Under the pieces are notes generated by a model. The model did no database searches. It worked only from the letters and a program-made list of their open reading frames with translations, and was not told where the DNA came from. Shown here one piece after another: positions 14,001 through 25,764 of a DNA stretch of 64,000 bases. The stretch lies in the NCBI GenBank assembly GCA_051362555.1, contig CM120646.1:9548001-9612000 (forward strand), read 5' to 3'. Origin of the DNA: Lingula anatina (taxonomy: Eukaryota > Animalia > Brachiopoda). The position numbers and the translations under genes are program-made. Every line of letters starts with the position of its first letter. The first letter of the stretch is position 1.

Positions 14001-14875
14001 CAGGACAGCCAAATCTGCGAGAACGCTGGCAGGGCAACCAATGTCTGCCAGCTACATGGCAAGACAACTGAGACTGCCAGAACATGGCAGGACAACTGAG
14101 ACTGCCAGAACATGGCAGGACCACGTAGACTGCCAGTTTCATGACAGGTCAGCCGAACCTGCCATCAGAATGACAGGACAGCCAAATCTGCGAGAACGCT
14201 GGCAGGACAACCAATGTCTGCCAGCTACATGGCAAGACAACTGAGACTGCCAGAACATGGCAGGAGAACCAAGACTGCCAGAACATGGCAGGACCACGCA
14301 GACTGCCAGTCTCATGGCAGGTCAGCCGAACCTGCCATCAGAATGACAGGACAACCGAATCTGCGAGAACGCTGGCAGGACAACCAATGTCTGCCAGCTA
14401 CATGGCAAGACAACTGAGACTGCCAGAACATGGCAGGACCACGTAGACTGCCAGTTTCATGGCAGGACAGCCGAACCTGCCATCAGAATGACAGGACAGC
14501 CGAATCTGCAAGAATGCTGGCAGGACAACCAATGTCGGCCAGCTACATGACAAGACAACTGAGACTGCCAGAACATGGCAGGACAACCGAGACTGCCAGA
14601 ACATGGCAGGACCATGTAGACTGCCAGTTTCATGGCAGGACAGCCGAACCTGCCATCAGAATGACAGGACAGTCGAATCTGCGAGAACTCTGGCAGGACA
14701 ACCAAGTCTGCCAGCATCATGACTGGACAACCGAGACTGCCAACATGTCAGGACAACTGAGACTGCCAGAACATGGCCGGACAACAGAGACTGACATCAG
14801 AATAGCAGGACAACCCAATCTGCCAGCTACATGGCTGGACAACCAAGTCTGACAGCATCATGGCAGTCTGGATCT
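11085..14875. repeat. Satellite: 28-bp and 29-bp monomer blocks followed by about 16 copies of a 173-bp six-monomer higher-order repeat
   Basis: Monomer gaacatggcaggacaaccgagactgcca. The higher-order unit is 28+28+29+29+30+29=173 bp, matching the 173-nt spacing of ORF starts (13074, 13247, 13420, 13593). Confidence 0.97.
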
Positions 14876-15637
14876 GAACCGTAGATCTTTCATGGAGCAT
14901 ATATCCTATTTCCTGGAAATTCAGTAGCCGGGAGTCCCTGAAAGTAAAAGAAGAAAATCAGATGAAAAAAAAAACTATTTCATAAAGCAATGTGCAGATC
15001 ATTACAACATCATATTTTGGCATTCTTTTACAGAACTAGATGGTTTTATAAGAACATCTCCTATGCAATGTTGGCATTTGCTGCATTTTTCCTATTTGCC
15101 TTGAACATTGATGTAAACCATATCAACTAAGTCATACTATCATTTAAAGCCAACATGTTCACTTTCATCCATTCTCGAAAAACTCTGCAAGAACATACAG
15201 TATGTAGATCATTACAACATCTTATTTTGGCATTTATATATAAAATTTTATTCAACCTTGAAATAATATGAACATATTTAATGAAGCACCACATTTTCTT
15301 CAGTAGCAGACTTTACAATGCTTGCCAACAAACCAGGTGGCTGTTTATGCCTCTGTAAGAATCACTTTACAGATTATTACCAGAAAAAAACTTTTTAGAA
15401 AGAAAAACATGGACTAGCTTTGAATTTTGGAATGGATTAATTAAACATTTGTTAGTATGGGTATGGGATTTTTGGAAAATCATTGTTTTCCCGAGGTATA
15501 TACTTTCTTTGCCAAAACAACCAGTTGTTATCCCTTTAACAGTTATTTGTAGGGCATTTTGATGATCTAGATCTTGCCTTGTTTCATTCCACTGGAGAGG
15601 TCAGGTCAACTTTGATAGTAAGATAAATATCAGCCAG

Positions 15638-16336
15638 CAGGGATGCTAGTGGGGTCCGGAAAGAAAACCTGAACTTTTTTTTGGCAAAGACGGGGGGGGG
15701 GGGGGGGGGGGGGGGGAACAAATTGATTATGAAACAATTACTATATTTCAAATTTTATTTAATAAATATATTGCAATATATGTCATCACAACTTCATGGT
15801 AATTTTCAACAGTTGTTTCCAAGGATAATCTTGACACTGACAAGATGGAAGTGCCATCAGTACATAAACACCTACCACCCATAGTAGACAGTAATGATCC
15901 CTCACGTAAGCTTGATAATCACCAGCATGATAATGATAGTCACTAAATGTTAATCCCTTTCATTTATCATTTTCAAAGATTGGTAATGGCTAATATCGTC
16001 TGTTCCCCTCTCCGCGAAATCCATTTAGTTTGGTTTAGTTCAAAATTCCGCGCACGCGGTGTCAAAACTTTCCACATGGGTGCCGACATTAAAGCCTACA
16101 TTTCCAACCAATCAAGCGCCATAAATAAATCACGTGCTACGGTTGTGACTAGATATTGTGTTGAAACGCAGCTCTGTCGCAATGGTTGAAATGCGACGTT
16201 CCTCTGACGCATCGTTCGTCCAGTCCGCGACCACGTTAAAAACGAGAATTCCGGAACAAAATATAGTACCAGAAAATTTTATAACTGGACGCAAAAAACC
16301 GGAATTCCGGTAAAAACCGGAAGACTAGCATCCCTG
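15638..16336. mobile_element. hAT-like MITE, 6-bp TSD
   Basis: TIRs CAGGGATGCTAGT and ACTAGCATCCCTG; TSD AGCCAG on both sides. Confidence 0.85.
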
Positions 16337-16696
16337 AGCCAGATAGAAAAATTCATGAGCTTTCCAAAACATTTTATTTTTTGGAAATAAAGCAAGCCAA
16401 TCAAAAGGTATTAAATTTAAAAGAATGCTAGTCGCCCACAAAATTTTGAAAAAGTCTGGTATCCAAGCATATATGTAACAGTGGAAGCCAAAAGTGTCAC
16501 CTCATTGCCCAATAAATAAAACAAAATTGGCATAACTTTTGAATGGAGTAAAATATCCATTTGAAATTTTCTGGAAATTTACAGTATGCCAAGAAAAATC
16601 TGACAAGATATTATTTTCTATATTTCATTCATTATTTCCATGGCAACCGTTGCTAAATATCAACAGCAATCAACCCCTTTGTTTTCAACCTTAAAG

Positions 16697-19347
16697 CAGG
16701 GTAGGAAATAAGGACTGGCAGCCCGGGACGGCTCAATTGTCACCCGGGCGGTCCCTTTCCAAAATTTGCCAGTCCGTCGGTCTGGCCATTTTCTGGCCTC
16801 TAAAATAATTGTATATCAATATGCACGTTCATATTAAGCAGATTTGGCTGAAATAAAACGAAAACAATGAGGCTAGCCCTTCAAGAAATCGACACTCTCA
16901 AAAAATGAACGAAAACCGAAAGTACATGGTTATTTAATGTGTTCCCTGCATGCCTAACGCAAAGACCCGTGTTATGAAACATCTGTTACAAAGTATCAAA
17001 CGCAGCATTTATATGCTTGTTTCTGAGACAAGTGACGAACGATGTGTGGTCATTCAAATTCACACAATATCGTCTAATTACACAGTTTAAGTTTTGCTTC
17101 TTCTATAATCTGTAATTCAGGGCTCGACATTAGCGCCTGTCCGCCTGTCCGGGACAGGGAAAAATTCAGTTCGGACAGGTGAAGTTGCAGGGTTGGCTGT
17201 CCGACGGACAGGTCATGCTTTATGAGAAATTTGGAGCAAAAATCTTTTAAAAATCATTTTTTGTTGCATACTAACGTCTTTTTGCCTCTTCCTAGACGAC
17301 ATTGAAAAAGAGTGACCTACTTTTGGCACAAAACACATGCAGTCGCAAAACGAAGTCTGAGCAAACTTACCGCCAAATTATGAAAGTGAACACCCTCCAG
17401 AACTTCAGCAGACAAAATTTATTCACATATCAGGTTCACTACTGAACATTTATTTAGTTAAAAATTTACGTGGTTTAGTAATAAAGACACTTCCAAAAAC
17501 AGAAACTACACAAGTACTGTGCTGGAGCCAGATTGGACTGGATGAACTGGCTATATCTAGTTCGTTGTCACGGCAACAAACTGCCTGTCAATCAAACACG
17601 TTGTATGCTATCTGCTCACTATAGAAAGTGAAATCTTTGGGACTGAAGATCTTGTTGAAATGTTGTTTATTTGCCAAAATATTACCTGAAATTATGTATG
17701 ATGTTTTTTTTAATGACTCTAGCATCACCACTGTTATTTACAGTTTAAAATTTAGTGCTGGAATATGATAAATTAACATTGCTCTCATATACCAGTGTGA
17801 TATTGATGTAAGGAAGAAATTAGTAATAACAAATATGAGAATTTTAATAAAAAGAAGGGGAACTTTTTTATACTGATTTTATTTAGTTCATATATGTTTA
17901 AAAAATCAAACACGTGATAACCCCTTAAAAAGTTAAATTGTTAACATAAATATAAGTAAAGTATTATAAAATTTCTTTAATTTTCATTGAAATTTATTCA
18001 AATATTATAAATTTTGAATATTTTAATAAAATTAATTTAACAGTACTGTACCCCCTCCCCACTTCCCACTCAGGGTTTTTTTTTTTTTAGCTTTGATTAA
18101 ACTTCATGTGAATCTGTTATCAAATTGCAGACTTACAATTAGTAGACCCTGTACCCCAAATCCTAGGAGAAGCCCTGATGTGAATTATCAGACTTAAATG
18201 CAAGATTAAATCTTCAGGAGTTCACAAGTATGAAAAAACAAATTTTAATCTGAACATAGATTCACTTTAAGGTGCATTTTCGGGGCTCATATGATTGAAT
18301 GTTTTGGTAATATATACATTAATTTAAATGTATGACCACACATATAAATTGACAAAGTTCAAACGTATGAATAGAAAAAAATTATTGGTTTTGTGGACAG
18401 GTTGGATTGAAAATCGGACAGGTCAAATTTATGAGCACCTGTCCGAAGGACAGGTGCTCATAAAAGTTAGTGTCTAGCCCTGTAATTATAATTGTACGAT
18501 GTCTTTCTCATAAAAAAATTAATTGAATGACGTCACGACGCACGTGGATTATACAAGATTGCGCCTAAGTCGCAGTCAGGATTACCCCTGTCGCAGTCTA
18601 CCCTCTGAAAGTATTTTGGTGCTAATAATGTATGTGATGTCCCAGCACGTGAGAAAAGAACACAGGAAGGTATCAGACAGTCAAATAAAGTGTATGATGA
18701 CACCAAAGCAGGGCTCCACAAGTAAAAATTCAGTTCGGACTAGTGAATTTGCAGGGTGGGCTGTCCGACGAACAGGTTATGTTTTATAAGAACTTAAGAA
18801 CAAAAATCTTGAAAAGGAAATTTTTGTTGCATACTCTCTTCCTGGATTGCATTGAAAAGAGTGGCCTACATTTGGTACAAAACATGTGGTCCCAAAATGA
18901 AGTCTAAGCAAACTTACCACCAAATTATGAAAGTGAACACCTTCCAGAACTTCACAAGACAAAATTTATCCACATAACAGGCTGAATACTGAATATTTAT
19001 TTGCTTAAAAATCTAAGTGCTCTAGTAACAAAGGCTTCGTTCACATGCAATGTCTATTTTCTAAATTCTATTTTCTATTCGCGGTATGTCTTATGATCAC
19101 TGTCTGTGCGCTGAATATCCCGCAGCGTAATAACTGGCAGCGCGAGCCAGTTACTGTAAGTTACTATAAGTTGATGAAATAATGTTAAGAGTTTTACAAG
19201 TAAACCCTTCTTATTTTATACTGTGTATGATTTATTTGGGCATTTCATGAATGATTCTGCCTGATAACTGTCTTGTACAGTACACTTGATAGAAATCATT
19301 ACTGTATGGTTGACAAACATACCCAAAGTTTGCAGGCAAAAATCGGC

Positions 19348-19388
<41 letters not shown>

Positions 19389-20458
19389 GTTACTTACATC
19401 TTGGACATAATAACGAATTTGTGTCGTTTTTATGTCCAAGTAGTTTACATTGATGAAGTTATACGTGCGTACATTGCGGAATGGAGTAGGCCTAAATGAT
19501 AGTAAACGGTAGTAAAGACGTGTAGACGCGAACGTACATGTAGGCCTATGTCTTGTTTGAACACCTAATAAATATATAAATAAATAAATATCAGGTTGTA
19601 ATTAAGTCATCTCACTGAGTGGGTCAGTACTCGCATCCAGACTATCTCTCGAAAGTTTAAGATTCATACCTGTATCTCAAGTTTATATCGGCATTTTAGC
19701 CGATTAATTACGATGTCAGATAGATGGATCTAGCAGTACCTGGATCTAAAGATACGTGGGTTTATAGGAAACTGTTGGTTGATCTATCGGAACGTAAATT
19801 TAACGAGACGTAAATCTATTGAGACGTGTATGTATAGAGACGTATCTATCCACTAGGAACTACTCGGATGTCTCCGCACTCGACAATAACCTCGGACGTA
19901 ATACGGAGGCAGCCATATTTGATTGTTGATTGTTGGGAAGGAACTACTTTCAACCTCGCGCTAATTTAAACCTAATTCTTTCAACGCCTGTATCTATTTA
20001 TCTTTTAAATCAAAGTCAATCTTAGTGCATTGTTTGGCAAACTGTAAAGCATCATAAAAATCAGGGGTATTGACAGCCATCTTTATGAGCGTAATGATCG
20101 ATTGAGTGAGAAGGCATTTCCGGCGGACAAAATGCATGGATTTGGTGCATATTTCTCCGCCTATCACATCCGAGGTTAGTATGGAGCTTGCGGAATAAGC
20201 CGAGGATTGCCGATTGGTATCTATCGGGACGAATATTTTAATGGGACGTTTATCTATATGGCGGACCCCGAAGAATCTACTTGAATAAATTCACTTTGAG
20301 ACTAAGAGTCCCTGTTTCAATATCGTTCTTGCCTGCAATTGGTTTTATCAGGTAATTTTCAAAAAAATTCAGGACTGGCTACTTTTGGTCAGAGCTGGAT
20401 ACTTTTCAAGTTGCCAGCTGGCTGTCCGGCTTCAAATTTATACGAATTTCATACCCTG
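16697..20458. mobile_element. hAT-like non-autonomous element hosting further insertions
   Basis: TIRs CAGGGTAGGAAAT and ATTTCATACCCTG with subterminal ggactggc motifs; no TSD recognisable. Confidence 0.55.
17118..18482. mobile_element. hAT5-like MITE, 5-bp TSD
   Basis: TIRs CAGGGCTCGACATTAGC and GTTAGTGTCTAGCCCTG; TSD TAATT; subterminal ggacagg/cctgtcc motifs. A related partial copy lies at ~18708-19030. Confidence 0.85.
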
Positions 20459-20595
20459 CAACTTGATGTCATTTTTTGTGCTTAAGTTTTGGCTGAGATG
20501 TGGCAATTGTAGCAACGTACCCTAAATATCTGTCTTCTCCATCTTCTACTGACCTCTATGATCATTTGTCACCTGAATTACATAATAATGTACAG

Positions 20596-20716
20596 AATAC
20601 CCTGTGGGAGCAGACGGCTAGCTCGCATGGCGGTTATTTAGGAAATTATTAGACTTGGCCTCGTTTTCAAAGAGGGGAGGGGGGCGCAGCTCCAAGAGAA
20701 AGTAGCCCAGAGACCG
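20596..20716 (+). pseudogene. Frameshifted exon (..WRLFRKLLDLASFSKR..), paralog of 2971-3093
   Basis: AG acceptor and GTAAGA donor; synonymous differences (GAT/GAC, AAA/AAG) from the other copy; an indel near a G-run breaks the frame. Confidence 0.45.
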
Positions 20717-21518
20717 GTAAGATGTAGAATACGTGTTTATACAATGGCCTTTCGAGTTTTATACTAATAAACTTAACGAGACGATAAAGTATATAATTAT
20801 GTAACATTTTATACACCAAAGGAATATCTGTGCATCGATTTCAATGAATGTTCTCTTATAGTTACTGGCGAGTAGCAAAATTGGTACTAGAAGTTGTGAA
20901 AGATACAACATTGTAAACTAACCATAGGCATGTTTTAAAATATATATGAATCTTAAATTTGGCTTTAAACATGTTTACTTTTTCCTGCGGGGTGTGGGTG
21001 TGTGTGCAAATGTATTGTATCAATTTTGAGAAAAAAAAACATTAACCCAAAATAAGTTTTATTGCGCCATTGGTTTGGCATTTTGGGTGGAATAGTGTCA
21101 TAAAAATGGCAATTTATAAACACAGATGAATAATATGTGTGTTTGCATGTCTTGTCAGTAAGTGATAGCCAAATAATCATTTAAGGGACTGTTGGTATTG
21201 ACCATTATGGAATTGTTTTTGCCAGCAAAACTTTGGTTTTTAGTCTGGTTAGGGTGAACCAACCTTAATGCTCTTGAGGATATGGCAGCTAGCATCTGTG
21301 TTTTGTTATCATACCTTTATTTTCCATTTGTGTATTGCAAATTTAAACTTTGAAGGTGCTGAAGGTCCAGAGGACCTGCACTTCATGTACCAGAAATAAA
21401 TCTACAGGTCCTTATTCTGTGGAGGTCCTTCAGTCGCTTCTTACATATGATTAATTTCTCTCTCTCTTTCTCTTTCTCTCCTTTAGTCGATGTTTATATA
21501 TGATTCATCTCTCTCTCA

Positions 21519-21558
<40 letters not shown>

Positions 21559-22401
21559 TACACACACACATACACACACCTGCAAATGCATCACTTTTAA
21601 GTTAATTTGTGCCGGCCTTTAAAAGGAAATTACAGTTGTTTCACAAAAATAAAGAACATATAGTAAACACTCAATCTTTTTGATGGGCAAAAATTATCAA
21701 ACATTCAGGTACATCATTTCATAAGTACAATACTTATTCTTTATAGCATTTGTGGTGCTTTTACTGCATAGAATATAACTATATAGTAGTATGTTTCTAA
21801 TTTTGTTTGTACTTTTACTGAATAGAATATAACTATATAGAAGTATGTTTATAATTTTGTTTGTACCATCCCATAGGAATGATCTGATTTTTAGAAATTA
21901 TGACTTGGAAAATACTGAATACAATATTTGTAAAAATCACAACTTTTTCATATGGAAAAGATCAAGTAAATGTAATTACTATATAATGGGAAGATGAAGA
22001 TCATCTGTAAAACTCATCTTTTAAAATGTATAATTATTGTACATTAAATGAAACAGAACCTTCAATGATTAGGGCATGATAGTGGGTACACCACAATTTG
22101 TGGTTCCCTGACTTGCATGCGTTTTCTAACATTTTCAGGCCTTGATTCAAATTGGGTTTTTAATTGAATGATCGGTGTGCAACTTTGCCCAAAATTCAAT
22201 TCCAGATAAACTTTGTTTATCAATACTGTCATGAATTAAGTATAAATAGTGCAGTTTAAGGTAAATGGTGCTGTTTAAGTTTACCTATTACAAATATTGC
22301 TATCTATTATTATTAATTTCAGTGTGTATGTGTGTGAGCGTGCAATAAATGTAGTAAGAAATTTTTTAGAGATATTCTATTGAAAACTCTATTAATTCCT
22401 T

Positions 22402-22536
22402 TTAGGCTTGAATAGAATGTATAGGACCAGGATTAATCCTTTTGCCATGCCTTCACCTGCAATTATCATAACAAAAGCACCCATCATTGCCAAATGCTGT
22501 GTGGCAATGACCACTATCACAACCTCTGCAATACTT
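22402..22536 (-). CDS. Defensin/myticin-like Cys-rich peptide exon, copy 2
   Basis: After ttttttcatctcttAG it reads KYCRGCDSGHCHTAFGNDGCFCYDNCR*, then RHGKRINPGPIHSIQA*. Cys spacing is C-x2-C-x4-C-x8-C-x-C-x3-C with a GxC..CxC gamma-core. Upstream exon(s) not located. Confidence 0.5.
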
Positions 22537-22715
22537 CTAAGAGATGAAAAAATATGTTCTTGAGCTGTGCTCTTGCTAATATTAATATTTATTAGTTATC
22601 AGTATATAGAAATGCAGTTTGTGTAATCATTTTAGGCTTTAACCACATGAAGTTAGTTAAAGTGTAAGAGGTATATGCAACTTAACAATGTATTGTTTTA
22701 TTTTTAATGTGCAAG

Positions 22716-22719
<4 letters not shown>

Positions 22720-22788
<69 letters not shown>
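22720..22788. repeat. (TA)n microsatellite
   Basis: Pure TA run. Confidence 0.95.
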
Positions 22789-22794
<6 letters not shown>

Positions 22795-22855
22795 TACAGG
22801 CAAAATCTACTTATAAAAAATAAAACAAGTTTATTCAAATGCAAATAGGGATTGT

Positions 22856-22996
22856 CAGGGTGCAAGTCACATCTTGGTCCTTGTAGCTGTTGACTCTCAG
22901 GGTGCAAGTCCTGGTCCTTATAGCTGTTGATTTTCAGGGTGCAAGTCTTGGTCCTTGTAGCTGTTGATTTTCAGGGTGAAAGTTTTGGTCCTTGTA
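22856..22996. repeat. ~38-bp minisatellite, about 3.5 copies
   Basis: cagggtgcaagtc..tggtccttgtagctgttga repeated. Confidence 0.85.
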
Positions 22997-23037
22997 ATAC
23001 ATGTATATCTCGCCTCTCACATGCTTCCCCATGCTCT

Positions 23038-25504
23038 TATCACAACTGTATTATTATAAAATTAATGGGTCAGATGTATCATTTAACTTCAAAGGAGATG
23101 GTCAGACAGTGGTCTCTCTGTTAGTATAGCCAGACGTCTCCGACCATGCTCTTTAATTATAATTTAATCATAAGTCATCCTCCTACCTGTAATTTAGTTC
23201 ATTGTTAATTGTTCTTTGTTCAAATAGGCTATATAACCTGTGTGTATTCTCTGAGAAGGGAAGACTGGACGTGGCCACACCAGACAGCTGAACAAGCTGA
23301 CTGGAGGTCCCAGCTCTCAACCAGGAATAAACCGGACTTTGTGGAAATATATTCTAAGTCTTGCTTATTTATTCTTGGACCATGTCGCGGTGGATCTGAT
23401 CCCCAAACCCGCCGTGATAACTGTTGGAGAACCTGTGGGCATTTCAACTTCCCCAGTACCTCACAGAACAAAGATGGAAAGACTTGGGAGACAAAATATC
23501 TTACCAGCAGATATTTTTAATATTCTACTGGAAGTCGACCAAGTACCATCAATGTACAGCGTGAGTAAGGTGGGTGAAGAACTATTCATTACCCTGAAGT
23601 GGAAAACAGACCCAAGGACACCGAAAATGATGAGCAGTGAGGTCAACACCCTCTCAGCAATGAAAGTAGAGAAGAAAAAGACACCATCTAGAATAAGGAG
23701 ATATAAACAGAGAAAACAAAAATGGCTGGAAGAGAGAGAAATGAGAAGGGCTGTTCCTTTATCTGAAGAAACCGTAGACACAAGTAAGTTACCTGTGACA
23801 GAAGAAAATAGTATTTCAAAAATCAATATCCGGACCGATTTACCATTCAAAGAGTGTGAAAATTTGGCTGATGTTATAGACTTATCTGCAACCTCCAAAA
23901 CAGAACTGCAACTATTACAAGGTGAGTGCCATAAACTTACTAAAGAGGCCCAAAGGAAAGAATCACAGTTGGACCAGAACCTAAAAACCATGCAGAGTTT
24001 GGAAAGCACAATTTCAAAAAGAGAATCGAGGATAAATATGTTAGAAGAAACAGTGTGCAAATCTGAAGAAGATCTGAAAAGATTCAGCAATGTTATAATA
24101 AATCATGGACTTGGCACCCTTGTGATAGACAACACCTTGAAATTTAAAAAGGACAAAACAATAGATGACATCATACATATATATCTTATAACTTTCAACA
24201 CTGCAAAGAACAATGCCAAACTATATTGTGAAATTTATGATGAAAATTAATTGTTGCAAAAGAAAATCCAAAAACTGAACAAAGAATTGGGGCACAAACA
24301 ACGAGGAAATCACAGAAACTCTGATCAAAGAGGAAAAGGCAAAAGACATCTTTATAACAATTATTAAATCTTGGCTTGTTTAATGAGAAACTGATAAGTT
24401 CTTGTTTAAACCTGGTGTGGTCTCTCTCTTCTTAAATCTTCTCTTTTGACCTGTAGGCCTATTTTTTCTAGCTGGCTTTAGTTGAGAAGCTGGTCAAGCA
24501 TTTATTTCTCCTATTCTCCACCTTCAGAGCCACACGGGTGAGAGCAGGGACATACTTAGTTAAACACTGTAATAACTTCTTACTCATATTTGTATTTTTA
24601 ATTATATTGTTTGTCTATGCTCAACTTTTGCACTAAAATTTTGATATGTGTTGTATCTGTGTAAATTTAACTTGTTTCAGATAGACTAGTCTAAGAACTT
24701 ATGTAATAATTTTTATGAAAATGTAAACTTACATTGTTCCATGAATATGACTGCTGTTATCTACAAAATGTTTTAGAGTGACATATTTTGTTTGAAAGGA
24801 TAAGTAGATATGTTGGTGCTGAAGTAGTGTTTGTTGACAGGCGAATGTAAGGGCACGTACATGTAGCATACCGATAGAAGGGGCCGGGCAATGCAGAAAG
24901 AGGTTCAAGTCTGCAAGGCTACAATGTTGCTGCCTGCAACTGATCCTATAGGGAGACAGACACATTTTAAATTCATGTTGTAAGCGAAATATGTAATGCA
25001 GCACATGTAGTGAGTAAAGTGTAACATTTGCATATATATATGTAATCTTTGTTGCATTAAGTTCAGACTAAGTTCTACAAACTATGTTTGAGTACATGAT
25101 ACTGAATAAGATATATCATTTAAATATTGTTTAATTTTAAAATTTGAAGCACAAATTTTGCCAACCAAGGGAGATCTATCACAACTGTATTATTATAAAA
25201 TTAATGGGTCAGATGTATCATTTATCATTTATGCTCTTTAATTATAATTTAATCATAAGTCATCCTCCTACCTGTAATTTAGTTCATTGTTAATTGTTCT
25301 TTGTTCAAATAGGCTATATAACTTGTATGTATTCTCTGAGAAGGGAAGACTGGACGTGGCCACACCAGACAGCTGAACAAGCTGACTGGAGGTCCCAGCT
25401 CTCAACCAGGAATAAACCAGACTTTGTGGAAATATATTCTAAGTCTTGCTTATTTATTCTTGGACAATGTCGCGGTGGATCTGATCCCCAAACCCGCCGT
25501 GATA
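23038..25504 (+). mobile_element. Non-autonomous LTR retrotransposon (2467 bp)
   Basis: Direct repeats at 23038-23419 and 25177-25504 (the 3' copy has an ~55-bp deletion), both bounded by TATCAC..GTGATA. 4-bp TSD CTCT. Purine tract aagggaga before the 3' LTR, AATAAA in the LTR, and weak PBS-like tgttggagaa after the 5' LTR. Confidence 0.88.
23474..24367 (+). CDS. Internal ORF of the LTR element: basic KKKTPSRIRR motif plus long coiled coil; one in-frame TAA at 24248-24250
   Basis: ATG at 23474 just downstream of the 5' LTR gives 258 aa to the first stop. The same frame continues LLQKKIQKLNKELGHKQRGNHRNSDQRGKGKRHLYNNY*. No zinc knuckle, protease, RT or integrase motif seen. Confidence 0.7.
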
Positions 25505-25764
25505 CTCTGGTCGAATGGAGCCCAGATTAAATTATGATTTTATACACATATTAAATATGCACATGCATGCACACATACTAACATATGCACACATACATAC
25601 GAACAGTGTTGCTCAAGCAAGCTGGTCTTATACTACTAAATCTGGTCTTCATGAAAATAATTAATTTTTTGAATGAATAGACTTTGAATGAGTTTTCAAT
25701 TCTGTATTTTTGCCCAAATCCTATTTGTACACAGATAGTTCTTATTCCATATTTTTGTCTTCAG

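Noticed and set aside
11031-14852. Many long ORFs (up to 379 aa) on both strands
   Set aside because: Translations of the 28/29/173-bp satellite; unit lengths are not multiples of 3 and all frames give the same permuted peptides.
11085-14875. CRISPR-like palindromic ~28-bp repeats
   Set aside because: Head-to-tail monomers with no unique spacers, no cas genes, and a eukaryotic context.
23339-23473. Hydrophobic N-terminal extension of the 303-aa ORF as a signal peptide
   Set aside because: Begins at GTG inside the LTR; the first ATG is at 23474.
23461-24090. 209-aa minus-strand ORF
   Set aside because: Ser/Phe/Leu-rich antisense shadow of the K/E-rich plus-strand ORF.
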